This document shows, one piece after another, positions 36,785-46,648 of a stretch of 64,000 nucleotides of DNA. Below the pieces are notes generated by a model. The model was not told the origin of the DNA. It worked only from the letters and a program-made list of their open reading frames with translations, and did no database searches. Location: the NCBI GenBank assembly GCA_038230375.1, contig JBBRNJ010000038.1:1-64000 (forward strand). Reading direction: 5' to 3'. The stretch comes from Polyangiales bacterium. Lineage in GTDB: Bacteria > Myxococcota_A > Polyangia > Polyangiales > Polyangiaceae. The position numbers and the translations under genes were made by a program. Every line of letters begins with the position of its first letter. Position 1 is the first letter of the stretch.

Positions 36785-39085
36785 TCATTCCTTGGGAACG
36801 TTCACCTTCTTCAGAAGGTCCGCCAGGGTTCCAAATTTCGCCTCTCGCTTCACTTGCGCGCGGTACTGCTGGAACGCGTTGCGCTCGCTGTCCTCGTTGA
36901 CGGCCTTGATGGAGAGCCGCATGTCGCCGCGGCGGGGGTCGATCTCGGTGATCTTCGCCTCGATCTCCTTGCCCACCGGGTAGATCTTGCGGAGCTCCGC
37001 GCCCTTTGGTGCGCCGGTCCCGGCGCCCGTGATGAAGCCACGCGCGCTGCGGCCGGTGGCGCCCAGGACGCGGACGACCAGGCCGTTGGCCTCGATCGCG
37101 ACGACCTGGACCTTCACGACCTTGTGGATCTGGACGCGCTGCGGGGTCTCGCCTGATGCCTCGCCCGTGGGCGCGGGATGCAGGCCGATCTTGTGATGCA
37201 TCGGGTCCACCTGCGCGACGACGACGTCGATCGGATCGCCGACCTTCACCACTTCGCTGGGGTGGTCGATGCGCTTCATCGATAGGTCGGCCGTATGGAT
37301 GAGTCCATCCACGCCCGGCTCGAGCTCGATGAACGCACCAAACGGTTGGAGGCGGGCGATCTTGCCCGTGTGCTTGCTGCCCGGCGCGTACTTCTCTGCG
37401 ACGGCGCTCCACGGATCCTGGATGGTCGCGCGGTGGGAGAGCCAGAGCTTTCCCTTCTCGTCCACGCGAAGGATCTTCACCATGGTCTTGTCGCCGACCT
37501 TGAAGACATCGCGCGGGGTATCGCCGCGGTTGTGGCTCATCTCGGAGAGAGGCACCAGGCCCTCGACTCCACCGACATCCACGAACGCGCCGAACTGCAC
37601 GACCGTGCGCACGGTGCCCTCGACCGTCGCGCCGATCTCGAGCTTCTTCAGCGCCTCTTCGCGGTTCTCCTTCGCGGTCTCCTCGAGCATCGACTTGCGC
37701 GAGAGCACGATGTTGTGCCCGCGCTTGCCATACTCCGTCACCGCGAACGGCATGCGATTGCCGACGAAGTGATGAAGGTCCGCGCCCAGACGAAGATCCA
37801 TGTGCGAGCCCGGCACGAAGCCGCGCAGGCCGTCAACGTCGACCTCGATGCCGCCCTTGATCACGCCCGTGACGATGCCCCACACGAGCGTCTTGTCGCG
37901 GAACGCTGCCGACACGAGCGGCTTCGCGCGAGATGCGCGCTTCGGGTGGTGCGTGAGCACGACGAGACCACCACGGCCTCCGTCGTTGTGGACCACGCCG
38001 ACGAACGGCGCGCCCGGCTCCAGGATGACGCGGGGCAGCTGCGGCTGGGGCTTCTCGGCCACGTCCGAGGCCTTCTCGGCGACCTCCGGTGCCTTCTCGG
38101 CGACCTCTGGTGCCTTCACCGTTGCGGCTTCGGCGGTGACCGGTCCGCCTTCGCTCGTCTGTGCAAGGCTTTCGTCGACGTTGGCCTCGGTTGCTCCTTC
38201 GGGAGCGGCCTCGGCCGGCTCCGCGAGATTGCTCTCGACGGCGCTTGCCTCGGCGGTGGTGGCGAGCGCAGCCTCATCAGCTTCGTGCTCTTCCTCTTCG
38301 GCGGGCGCCTGAGCGTCGTCCTCGTCGGTGATGAGGAGCTCGCGCAGATCGAAGATCGCCTTCGCCTTGCCGGAGAGGTCGATGAAGATCACATCGTCGT
38401 TGAACTCGAGCACCTTTCCGAACACCACGTCACCGTGGTTGAACGCAGGACGCTCGCGCTCCTCGTGGGGCCTGTTGTCCTTCTTCTTGCGATCGCCGCG
38501 ATCGTGCTTTCGCTCACCACCTGCGTGATGGACCTGCGGAAGCGGCTGACCGTCGGGGCCGAGCTGGGGGGCCGGGGGCGGACCACCTTCATGTTGCCCT
38601 TCGTGGTGCTCGCCGTCCGCATGCGCGACTTCGCGACGCGGGGCGTGCTGCATCTTCGGCGTGCCGTCCTCGTTCAGGGCCGGCGTGCCGTCCTCGTTCA
38701 GGACCGCGATCATCTCGGCCGTCTTCTTCTTGCGACGACGACGACGACGCTTCTTCTTGGTGCCGTCGGGGTTCAGCGCAGCAACGCCGGGCTCGCCAGC
38801 AGCTTTCGCTTCGCCTTCGCCCTCGCCTTCTTCGCCATCCTCACCGTCATCACCGTCGTGATCACCTTCATGAGCCTCGCCTGCCGGAGCAGATGCGGTG
38901 GCCTCAGGTGCGGCGGGTGCGGGGGCTGGGGCGGCTGCGGCGTCAGGGGCCGGTGCCGGGTGAGCTGCAGCAACGACTGCAGCGGAAGGCATGGTCTTGG
39001 GAGGGCGGTCCTGGTCGGGAACGCTGGACTCCGCCTCATCCGAAGGAGAGGCAGGGGTCACGTCTGGTTGTTGCTCGGTGCTCAT
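36785..39085 (-). CDS. S1-domain protein (ribosomal protein S1-like) with long low-complexity N-terminus
   Basis: Repeated S1 motifs FGAFVDVGGVEGLVPLSEMS and FGAFIELEPGVDGLIH; C-terminal FGTLADLL. Confidence 0.88.
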   Translation of the reverse strand: MSTEQQPDVTPASPSDEAESSVPDQDRPPKTMPSAAVVAAAHPAPAPDAAAAPAPAPAAPEATASAPAGEAHEGDHDGDDGEDGEEGEGEGEAKAAGEPGVAALNPDGTKKKRRRRRRKKKTAEMIAVLNEDGTPALNEDGTPKMQHAPRREVAHADGEHHEGQHEGGPPPAPQLGPDGQPLPQVHHAGGERKHDRGDRKKKDNRPHEERERPAFNHGDVVFGKVLEFNDDVIFIDLSGKAKAIFDLRELLITDEDDAQAPAEEEEHEADEAALATTAEASAVESNLAEPAEAAPEGATEANVDESLAQTSEGGPVTAEAATVKAPEVAEKAPEVAEKASDVAEKPQPQLPRVILEPGAPFVGVVHNDGGRGGLVVLTHHPKRASRAKPLVSAAFRDKTLVWGIVTGVIKGGIEVDVDGLRGFVPGSHMDLRLGADLHHFVGNRMPFAVTEYGKRGHNIVLSRKSMLEETAKENREEALKKLEIGATVEGTVRTVVQFGAFVDVGGVEGLVPLSEMSHNRGDTPRDVFKVGDKTMVKILRVDEKGKLWLSHRATIQDPWSAVAEKYAPGSKHTGKIARLQPFGAFIELEPGVDGLIHTADLSMKRIDHPSEVVKVGDPIDVVVAQVDPMHHKIGLHPAPTGEASGETPQRVQIHKVVKVQVVAIEANGLVVRVLGATGRSARGFITGAGTGAPKGAELRKIYPVGKEIEAKITEIDPRRGDMRLSIKAVNEDSERNAFQQYRAQVKREAKFGTLADLLKKVNVPKE

Positions 39086-39134
39086 GGGGTTCTTCTCGCG
39101 AAGTTGTCGAAGCGGAACTCTCGAAGGAGGGGCC

Positions 39135-40730
39135 TCAGGCAGCAGCGCGTGGTTTGGGTGCGATCACGTCATAGGCGAGCCCGTGGGCCGCCAGGCGGTT
39201 CTGGTAGTAGAAGAGAAGGCGCGTGTCGTAAAGAAGCAGGTCGCTCCCTCGTGGAGAAAGGACCTCGTTGGTGTGGTAGCCCGCGAACGCCCTGAGCGCG
39301 TCGCGGAGCACCTCATCACCTGCTTTGTGGGCCAGACCGGGGCCAAGAACCAGCTTTCCGAGGCGCTCCTGCTCACGGAGCTGGCCAAGAAGGTTGTCAA
39401 CGTGCTGTGCGAGCTCCGACCGCGGAACACGCACGTCGTCGCGGTGACGAAGAATGGCGAAGACGTCGCCCTTCGGGACGGAACGGGTCAAGCAACCAAA
39501 CGCGGCGGCGGCAACGACGTGCGTTGCCAGGACCACGGTGTTCTCCTTGAAGCGCTCGCAGATGCGCTCACCTAGCTCGCGCGTGTACTCCGCGTCGCGC
39601 AGGTGGTCGCGGCAGGCGCGTCCGCTCTTGTTCATCAGGTACGACTCGGTGGGGACGACGCGACCGTTCGGGTCGAGCGAGTTGCCGTCGTCGTCGACGT
39701 TGTTGCCGAAGCAGTCGAGCGGCGGAGCGAACCGGATCACGCAGGCTGCGTCCAGGCCGAGCAGCTTCTGCATGAAGGCCGCCACGCGCCCGACGCGCGT
39801 CGACTCGTCGTCCTCGATGATGTAGCGGGCCTTGCCCTCTTCCTCGAGGAAGTCGTCGATCAGGCTCTCGGCCTCGAGCGTGAGCAGGTAGTTGATGGTC
39901 GCCGGGATGAAATAGACGGGCTGCGGGCGCCCTTCCTCCACACTGCGTCCATACGCGTCGATCGCCGTTCCCGCGAGCCCCAGCTTCAGCTTCCGCTCCA
40001 CGCCGCCCGAGCGCGAGCGCGTGCCGCCCGGGAAGAACAGCGAGTGATACCCCCGCTCGATCAGCACCTGCGAGTACTGCTTCAGGACATCCTTGTAGAG
40101 TACATGCTTCAGGCGGCGGTCGACGCGGTAGGCGCCAAGGTTGTGCATGAAGTAGCTGAGCACCGGGTTCGTGAAGAGGTTCTTGCCGGCGCCATAGGTG
40201 GCAGGCGGAAGACCGGCGCGCTCGAGCGCGAAGCCGAACACCACGGAGTCCAGGTTGGAGAGGTGCGTGGGCGTGAAGACGAGCGTGCCCTTCTCCGCCA
40301 GGCGCTTGATCTGTTCGCGTGGCCCTTCGACGAGGATACGGCTGTCGAGCCCGGTCAGATCCAGCGAGTGCGGAAGGTTCTTCAGCGTGGAGCGCGGCGA
40401 GAGCATCGCGCCAAGGAGCGGGGCCATCGCCTTGGAGGCGAACTTGTAGACGCGCGGGTCGAAGTTGCCCGCGACGTCCCAGGCGTACTCCGTGGCGAGC
40501 TTCTCGACGTTCTCCAGGGCTTCCGCCTCGTTCATGCGGCCGAGCTTCTGGGCGAGGTGCCGGAAAGAGGCGTACTTCGGCCCCCCCTGCTTCTCCAGGC
40601 GGCGCATCTCGAGGTAGGCGGCCTCGCTCAGGGTGAAGATCGGGTCCTTCTGCGACCCACGGACGCGACGGACGACCTCGTCGACGATTTCGCTACGTTG
40701 CGAGTTGAACTCGAAAATCCGGGTGGTCAT
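39135..40730 (-). CDS. glycerolipid acyltransferase (PlsB-like)
   Basis: HX4D motif PTHLSNLD, GAGKNL, GAYRVDR, FFPGGTRSRSG. Confidence 0.85.
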   Translation of the reverse strand: MTTRIFEFNSQRSEIVDEVVRRVRGSQKDPIFTLSEAAYLEMRRLEKQGGPKYASFRHLAQKLGRMNEAEALENVEKLATEYAWDVAGNFDPRVYKFASKAMAPLLGAMLSPRSTLKNLPHSLDLTGLDSRILVEGPREQIKRLAEKGTLVFTPTHLSNLDSVVFGFALERAGLPPATYGAGKNLFTNPVLSYFMHNLGAYRVDRRLKHVLYKDVLKQYSQVLIERGYHSLFFPGGTRSRSGGVERKLKLGLAGTAIDAYGRSVEEGRPQPVYFIPATINYLLTLEAESLIDDFLEEEGKARYIIEDDESTRVGRVAAFMQKLLGLDAACVIRFAPPLDCFGNNVDDDGNSLDPNGRVVPTESYLMNKSGRACRDHLRDAEYTRELGERICERFKENTVVLATHVVAAAAFGCLTRSVPKGDVFAILRHRDDVRVPRSELAQHVDNLLGQLREQERLGKLVLGPGLAHKAGDEVLRDALRAFAGYHTNEVLSPRGSDLLLYDTRLLFYYQNRLAAHGLAYDVIAPKPRAAA

Positions 40731-40860
40731 GCGTGCGCACGAGCATACAGCGGCCGCCCGGAAGCCCGCCGCGAAAATTGTTATGCAGGCCAGGGATCCG
40801 GCCCCCTCATCAACGCGTATGAAAAGGGACCCAGGTGAGATAAATTCCAAGGCATTCCCC

Positions 40861-41697
40861 ATGAGCGACGACGCGGAGAAAGATGCGGTTCAGGAGCACG
40901 GCCCAGGTGGGGCACTCCTGCCGCACGAAGAATTGCTGGCGACGATTGGAGAATTCGTCCTCGTCGGTCGGCACGATCGCGTCGAGCTCGCGCACCTGGG
41001 CGTTCAGCCCAAGGAGGTCGCAGGCGCCGTTGGGTTCGTCCGGAACACCCTGGCTACCCTCGCGGCGACCGTCGAACCCGAGCCGCCTCCCCCCGCTCTG
41101 CGCGGACGGTTGATGGCGACCCTGGCCGGGAAGGCAAAGCTCAAGCGGAGCGCGTTGCTGGTCATTGACATGATCAAGGACCACCTGGAGCCCGGCAGGC
41201 CCCTCGAGGTGCCGCGCGCCCGTGACGTGGTGCCCGCGCTGTCCCGACGTCTGGACGCGGCACGCGCCGCAGGAATACCCGTCATCTACATCATCGACGA
41301 GCACGACGCCGACGATCCCGACCTGGAGGAGTGGGGCGGTCACGCCGTGAAGGGCACCGACGGCAGCGACGTGTGGCCGCCACTCGCGCCGAAGCCCGGC
41401 GACAAGATCGTGCACAAGAGCGCGTACAGCGCGTTCTTCGAGACCAAGCTCGCAGGCGTGCTCGACGAGCTCGGCGTGGAGTCGCTGGTGCTCACCGGCT
41501 GCATGACCGAGATCGGAATCATGTCCACCGCCACGGATGCGATGCAGCGTGGCTTCGACGTGAGCGTGCCCGCGGACTCGCAGGCAGGCGGCACGGCGGT
41601 GTCGGAGCAGAGCACGCTCGGCGCGCTCGGGCTCATGGCCCCGTACGGACCGGCGCGAAAGAAGCTGCTCACTTCTCTGGAGGCGCGGGCCGCCTAG
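40861..41697 (+). CDS. isochorismatase-family cysteine hydrolase with N-terminal extension
   Basis: ALLVIDM, K..YSAFFET.L, TGCMTEIGIMSTA.DA. Confidence 0.88.
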   Translation: MSDDAEKDAVQEHGPGGALLPHEELLATIGEFVLVGRHDRVELAHLGVQPKEVAGAVGFVRNTLATLAATVEPEPPPPALRGRLMATLAGKAKLKRSALLVIDMIKDHLEPGRPLEVPRARDVVPALSRRLDAARAAGIPVIYIIDEHDADDPDLEEWGGHAVKGTDGSDVWPPLAPKPGDKIVHKSAYSAFFETKLAGVLDELGVESLVLTGCMTEIGIMSTATDAMQRGFDVSVPADSQAGGTAVSEQSTLGALGLMAPYGPARKKLLTSLEARAA

Positions 41698-43651
41698 GGC
41701 CCGACGCCGAAGCTGTGCCGCGGCGCCACAGGATGGCGCCGAAGATCAGGAGCGCGGTGATCGTGCAGATCGAGAACACGCCAGGCGTGCTGGGCGACAC
41801 GCGCATGACGATGGCGCCAGCAAGGAGCACCGCTGCGGCCGCGAACGCCCGCCGGTCGATCATCAGGGCCGCGATGAAGAGCATGGACGCAGCGATCCAC
41901 AGGTCGGTCATGAGGACGGTGGCAAGGTCGTCCAGGCCGACGACCGCGGACGCGATCCGATTGACCAGCGTGAGACCGACGAGGCCCACGACCACGCCCG
42001 CCACCTGGCGGCTGTAAGCATTTGCCAGGAGGCGCTTGCGCAGAATGATGGAAGGAACGCTCACGGTGACGAGCAGCGCGGCATCCACCTTCACAGGCAA
42101 CCACAGATCGCGCAGCGTGACGTGCCCTGGGCCGAAGAAGATGGAGATGACCACGATGGTCACGCCGAACACGCCCGCGACGATGTTCCGCGACGAGAGC
42201 CCGACGCGGGGATCTTGCGCCTGTTCGATCTCGACGAGACGCGCTTGATCGCGCTTCTTCTGCTCCTCTCGTTCGCGCACGACAGCGACGCGAGCCAGCA
42301 GCGCGGGCGGCGGTGATGACAGCTCGCGAATGAGCGCCTCCGCGGTGTCCGCGTGTCCTTGCAAGAGCTCCAGCTCGGCCAGCGCTTCCACAGCCGCGCG
42401 CGCGCCGGCCATGGCCTCGCGTTGCGTCGGATGCTCGCGGAGGCTCTGCGCAAAGCCGAAGCGCGCCTCGGTGCCCAGACGGTACGCACCCGCAAGATCC
42501 GTCGGTGAGGTGTCATCCGCGTGCGTGAGCAGCTCGCGCAGCAAGGCGAGGCGTTCGCTCGCGGCAACGGAGAGCGCGAGCGCGGTGCGATCGTGCAAGA
42601 ACTCGCTCAGCTTCTCTCGGAGGTCCTGGACGGACTGGAACCGATCCGCCGGGCTTCGCGCGGTCGCGCGATTCATGAGCTCTCCCAGGGCTGGAGGGAT
42701 CTCTGGAGCGTAGCTCACCGGCGTGGACGCGATCGCCGCACGTCCGATCGCCATCAGATCTTCCCCATCGTGACGGTGGGACCCCGTGAGCATGTGGTGC
42801 AGCGTGGCACCGAGCAAGTACACGTCGGTGCGTTCATCGATGGCTCCACCCGTGAACATCTCCGGCGCCATGTACGCCGGCGTGCCGAAGAGCCCGGGCC
42901 GCGCAGCCTCGGCCTTGCGAACGGCGATGCCCCAGTCGAGCAAGTAGACCTCGCCGTACGAGCCGACCATCACGTTCTCTGGCTTGATGTCGCGGTGGAT
43001 GATGCCGCGCGCGTGCGAGAACTCCACGGTGCGGCAGATCTGGATCACGAGCTCCAGCTTGGCGGCGAGGAGGTCCTGCTTCGCTGTGATGCGCTCTGCC
43101 CATATGGCGTGGGACGGCTCCTCGATGAGCGACAGGAGATCCGTGCCCTCTACACGCTTCATCACCAGCAGGGGTCGCCCGTTGTCGTCTGCGCCGAACG
43201 CGTGCACCGGGATGACGCCGGGGTGCTCCAGGTGGCCCGTGATTCGAGCCTCGCGCGCGAGGGCCATGCCGGCTGCCAGATCGGCCTCGCTCTTCAGCGT
43301 CTTCACGGCCACGTCGCGATCGAGTGAGTGCTGGCGCGCGAGATGAACGCGGCCCATGCCACCTTCGCCGAGCGTTGCGGTCACCGCGAGGTCGGGCGTG
43401 CTGGGGCCGCCCACGGCGGGCCTCGAAAGCAAGCTCTTCTCCGTGATCAGGATGCGCGGCAGCGCGGCAAGCGTGTTCTGCGCGCCGAGATCGTCGATGT
43501 CCCCACGGATGGTGGAGGCCGGATTCAGGCGGAGCGTGCCGGTGGGCGCGGATGCGCCAAGCGCGCCCAACGCGCCAGACGCCACCGTGCGAGCGTTGCC
43601 GAGCGCTGCGATGCGATCCGCAAGTGCCGCCTCTTCGTCCCTGGTGCTCAC
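41669..43651 (-). CDS. membrane Ser/Thr protein kinase
   Basis: GEGGMG, VAVK, HRDIKPEN, DWG, GTPAYMAPE; several C-terminal TM helices. Confidence 0.93.
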   Translation of the reverse strand: MSTRDEEAALADRIAALGNARTVASGALGALGASAPTGTLRLNPASTIRGDIDDLGAQNTLAALPRILITEKSLLSRPAVGGPSTPDLAVTATLGEGGMGRVHLARQHSLDRDVAVKTLKSEADLAAGMALAREARITGHLEHPGVIPVHAFGADDNGRPLLVMKRVEGTDLLSLIEEPSHAIWAERITAKQDLLAAKLELVIQICRTVEFSHARGIIHRDIKPENVMVGSYGEVYLLDWGIAVRKAEAARPGLFGTPAYMAPEMFTGGAIDERTDVYLLGATLHHMLTGSHRHDGEDLMAIGRAAIASTPVSYAPEIPPALGELMNRATARSPADRFQSVQDLREKLSEFLHDRTALALSVAASERLALLRELLTHADDTSPTDLAGAYRLGTEARFGFAQSLREHPTQREAMAGARAAVEALAELELLQGHADTAEALIRELSSPPPALLARVAVVREREEQKKRDQARLVEIEQAQDPRVGLSSRNIVAGVFGVTIVVISIFFGPGHVTLRDLWLPVKVDAALLVTVSVPSIILRKRLLANAYSRQVAGVVVGLVGLTLVNRIASAVVGLDDLATVLMTDLWIAASMLFIAALMIDRRAFAAAAVLLAGAIVMRVSPSTPGVFSICTITALLIFGAILWRRGTASASGPRRPAPPEK

Positions 43652-43663
43652 GCGCTCACGTTA

Positions 43664-44461
43664 TCAAGGCTTCCGCTGCGGCAGGCCCTGGAAGTAGTAG
43701 CCCTTGCCGAAGGGCGGATATTCGTACGTCCCGTACTTCCAGTCCCAGTCTCCGCCGAACGGCGCGACCATCTCGCGCAGCTCGGCCTCCGACCAGACGC
43801 GCAGCGTGGATACCAGGCCGTCCCACATGGAGATCCCCAGGGCCGCGGGCGTGAGCCAGGTGAGCGCGGCCTTCGCCAGGTTGTCGCGTGGTGACAGGAT
43901 TGGATTCAGGAGGAGCGCGGGCAGCCCGGCGAGCGCGAAGTTGGCGAACATGAGCGGGTTGCGCTCGAACCCCTCGGCAACGAAGACGCCCCGCGAGCCA
44001 CGCACGGCGTCGTGAAGCACGCCGGTGGCGAGCTCGCGCGGAAAGTGGTGGAGCACATTGATGATGCTGCGCGCGCGGCCTTCGCCCAGCTCCGCGGGCA
44101 CGCGGGTCGCATCCACGGGCGCGGCCTCGAAGGCGATCGTGCCGGGCATCTCTGCGCGCGCGAGCTCCCAGGCCTCTGCGCGCGGATGCAGGTCCGTGAG
44201 CGTGAAACGTGGCGGCGTCTTCCCTTGTCGGGCGATCGCCCGCGCGAGGATCGTCGCCGGACCGCCTGCACCCGAGCCGATCTCGAGCACCTCCGTGGTG
44301 CCTGCCGATTCCAGGAAGGCCTGGAACGGCGCGACCAGGTTGTCGAGCAAGCGACCCCAGGACAGCGTGCGGCTCAGCGACTCCACCACGGTGTCGCGCA
44401 CGGAGCGAGGCATCCATGAGAGGTCGTTGAACTCGAAGAGCTGCCGGCGCCGTAAGGCCAT
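43664..44461 (-). CDS. class I SAM-dependent methyltransferase
   Basis: VLEIGSGAGGP, LTDLHP, PVDAT, LHHF, WDGLVSTLR. Confidence 0.85.
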   Translation of the reverse strand: MALRRRQLFEFNDLSWMPRSVRDTVVESLSRTLSWGRLLDNLVAPFQAFLESAGTTEVLEIGSGAGGPATILARAIARQGKTPPRFTLTDLHPRAEAWELARAEMPGTIAFEAAPVDATRVPAELGEGRARSIINVLHHFPRELATGVLHDAVRGSRGVFVAEGFERNPLMFANFALAGLPALLLNPILSPRDNLAKAALTWLTPAALGISMWDGLVSTLRVWSEAELREMVAPFGGDWDWKYGTYEYPPFGKGYYFQGLPQRKP

Positions 44462-44475
44462 GGGGCAATATCTAA

Positions 44476-44526
44476 CGCGAAAGGCCTAGCGCGAAAGGCC
44501 TAGCGCGAAGGTCTAGCGCGAAAGGC
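44476..44526. repeat. 14-bp tandem repeat (CGCGAAAGGCCTAG), about 3.7 copies, in a divergent intergenic region
   Basis: cgcgaaaggcctag cgcgaaaggcctag cgcgaaggtctag cgcgaaaggc. Confidence 0.85.
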
Positions 44527-44555
44527 GCTTCCGACGCGCGTGCGGCGCACGTGGT

Positions 44556-44894
44556 ATGTTGGAGATCATGGCAGGGCCGCGTTGCACGACCTGTAGCGCA
44601 GGCCTGACGGTCACGGAGCTCCGCGGCACGGAGTGCCCGTACTGTCGTACCGCGTTTCCGGAGGACCTGGGCGCGATCGAGCCGCCGCATGGCGCGCCGC
44701 CGCCTCCCAAGGGTCCGCCAGGGCAGTACGCGCCGCCCATCTATCCAACGCCGTATGCCGCCTTCAACGTGACGTCGCTGGCGCCGCCGTCGTCCTCGTC
44801 CGGCGCGGAGCGCGGAGGCCTGGTGCTGGTGCTCGCGGCGCTCTTCGCAGCGCTCCTGGCGATCGGCACGGGCGCCTACTTCCTGATCCGATGA
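44556..44894 (+). CDS. zinc-ribbon membrane protein
   Basis: CTTC...CPYC, Pro-rich linker, C-terminal TM helix. Confidence 0.7.
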   Translation: MLEIMAGPRCTTCSAGLTVTELRGTECPYCRTAFPEDLGAIEPPHGAPPPPKGPPGQYAPPIYPTPYAAFNVTSLAPPSSSSGAERGGLVLVLAALFAALLAIGTGAYFLIR

Positions 44895-45016
44895 GCCTGT
44901 GAGGACGTGCCCGCGCGCTGCTCGAGAAGCGTGCCGCGGCCGTCAAGAAGCTGCTCGACGCCTGACGTTCGCAAGGGACTGTAAGGTTCGCCTTCGAGCC
45001 GCGTTCTTTGGGGGTC

Positions 45017-45940
45017 ATGCGAACCTCCCTCCTTCTCACATCGGTCTTCGTTCTCCTCAGCTCGTCGTTGACGACAGGCTGCGGCGCAAGCTCTCCTGCC
45101 TCGGCGCCGTCTGCCCCACACGCGTCGTTCTCGTCGGCTTCGCAGGCCCCGGGCATGCCTCGGTCTGCGCCATCGATGTCGGACGAGATGCAGATCTCGC
45201 AGGCCCCGACGCCGCCCGCACCCGACATGCCCGCACCCGCGGCTCCCGCGGCTCCCGCGGCTCCCGCGCAGCCGGCGCACCCCGCCGCCAAGGACGCCGC
45301 CGCCACACACGCGAGCAAGGGCAAGGAGAACGCACCCGAGGTCGCGCAGTCGCTCGGCATCATCTACACCGGCACCGTCGGCATCCGCGCAAAGCGCGAG
45401 GAGTTCCCGAAGACGATCGACCGCGTCGTCGATCTCGCGGAGTCACTCGGTGGCGCGATCACCGGCCGCACGGACCAGAGCGTCACCGTGCGCGTGCCGT
45501 CGCAGGCTTTCCGCAAGGCGATGAGCGGCATGGAAGACGTCGGCGTGGTCGAGAACCGCAACGTGTCGGCGCAGGACGTGAGCGAGGAGATGCACGACCT
45601 TGAGGTGCGCCTCCAGAACATGCGCGCCACGCGCAAGCGCCTGGAGGAGTTCCTCGCGAAGGCCACCAACATCGCCGACACACTCACGGTGGAGCGCGAG
45701 CTCGAGCGCGTGGCCGTGGACATCGATCACATCGAGGGGCGCCTCACGTTCCTGAAGGTGCACACCGCGTTCTCACACATCACGGTCAACCTGCTGGAGC
45801 GGCCCAAGGAGATCCTGCCCGTCGTGGAGGTGAAGCCGCCGCCCCCACCGCCGCCGCCGACCCCGCCGCGAAAGCTCGTGGAGGTCCCCGCGCCCTGGTT
45901 CGACAACATCGGCATCGACCCGCTCCTCAAGGTTCACTGA
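45017..45940 (+). CDS. DUF4349 lipoprotein
   Basis: TGC lipobox; TVRVPS..F, AQDVSEE..DL..RL, IEGRL.FL. Confidence 0.88.
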   Translation: MRTSLLLTSVFVLLSSSLTTGCGASSPASAPSAPHASFSSASQAPGMPRSAPSMSDEMQISQAPTPPAPDMPAPAAPAAPAAPAQPAHPAAKDAAATHASKGKENAPEVAQSLGIIYTGTVGIRAKREEFPKTIDRVVDLAESLGGAITGRTDQSVTVRVPSQAFRKAMSGMEDVGVVENRNVSAQDVSEEMHDLEVRLQNMRATRKRLEEFLAKATNIADTLTVERELERVAVDIDHIEGRLTFLKVHTAFSHITVNLLERPKEILPVVEVKPPPPPPPPTPPRKLVEVPAPWFDNIGIDPLLKVH

Positions 45941-45949
45941 AAGAAAACC

Positions 45950-46414
45950 ATGCATACTACACATATTCTCTCTGCCCTTTTCCTTGGTATCTCGCTCCTT
46001 GCCTCCGCGTGCACGCCCGCCGCGAAGCTCGATGCGCCGCCCGGCTTCGCGACACTGAAGTCCCAGGGTGGCTACGACTACCGCGCGGTGAACGCCCACG
46101 GCGTGGTGGTCGCGGCGCGGACGGAGCCGAACGAGCTGCACGGCAACACCACGTTCTGGGCAGACTCCCTGGAGGAGAAGCTCACGCGTGCGGGCTACGC
46201 AAAGGAGTCCGCGACGGACGTGGACACGCGCGTAGGCAAGGCGAAGATGCAGAAGTATGCGGCGACGCGGGATGGGCGGGACATGACCTACTGGCTGCTC
46301 GTCGTGAGCAACGAGAAGAGCGTGGTCGTCGTGGAAGCGGGCGGGGACAAGGAGACGTTCGACAAGGCGTCGAAAGAGGTCGAGAGCACGATGAAGAGCG
46401 TCGCGGTGAACTGA
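45950..46414 (+). CDS. hypothetical lipoprotein
   Basis: SAC lipobox; 9 bp downstream of the DUF4349 gene. Confidence 0.8.
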   Translation: MHTTHILSALFLGISLLASACTPAAKLDAPPGFATLKSQGGYDYRAVNAHGVVVAARTEPNELHGNTTFWADSLEEKLTRAGYAKESATDVDTRVGKAKMQKYAATRDGRDMTYWLLVVSNEKSVVVVEAGGDKETFDKASKEVESTMKSVAVN

Positions 46415-46418
46415 GGAC

Positions 46419-46512
46419 ATCGACCTCGACCTCGACCTCGACCTCGACCTCGACCCGGACCTCGACCTCGACCTCGACCTCGACCTCGACCTTGACCTCG
46501 ACCTCGACCTCG
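46419..46512. repeat. (CTCGAC)n hexanucleotide microsatellite, about 15 units
   Basis: Read directly; variant units include atcgac, ccggac and cttgac. Confidence 0.95.
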
Positions 46513-46648
46513 GTTGGGGGTGACGGTGGGTTGACTCGGCGGGCCCGGTTTCGTGTCAGCTGGCTGACGTCCAAGCGATCTCGACGCCGAATTTACGATG
46601 CGTCGTGCGTGGGGCCTGGGCGGCCCGGGGCTTGCGTGGACGCAGTGC

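Noticed and set aside
46419..46512. Repeat tracts as CRISPR arrays or VEVEVE/RGRGRG proteins
   Set aside because: There are no spacers and no cas genes; the peptide repeats are translations of a microsatellite
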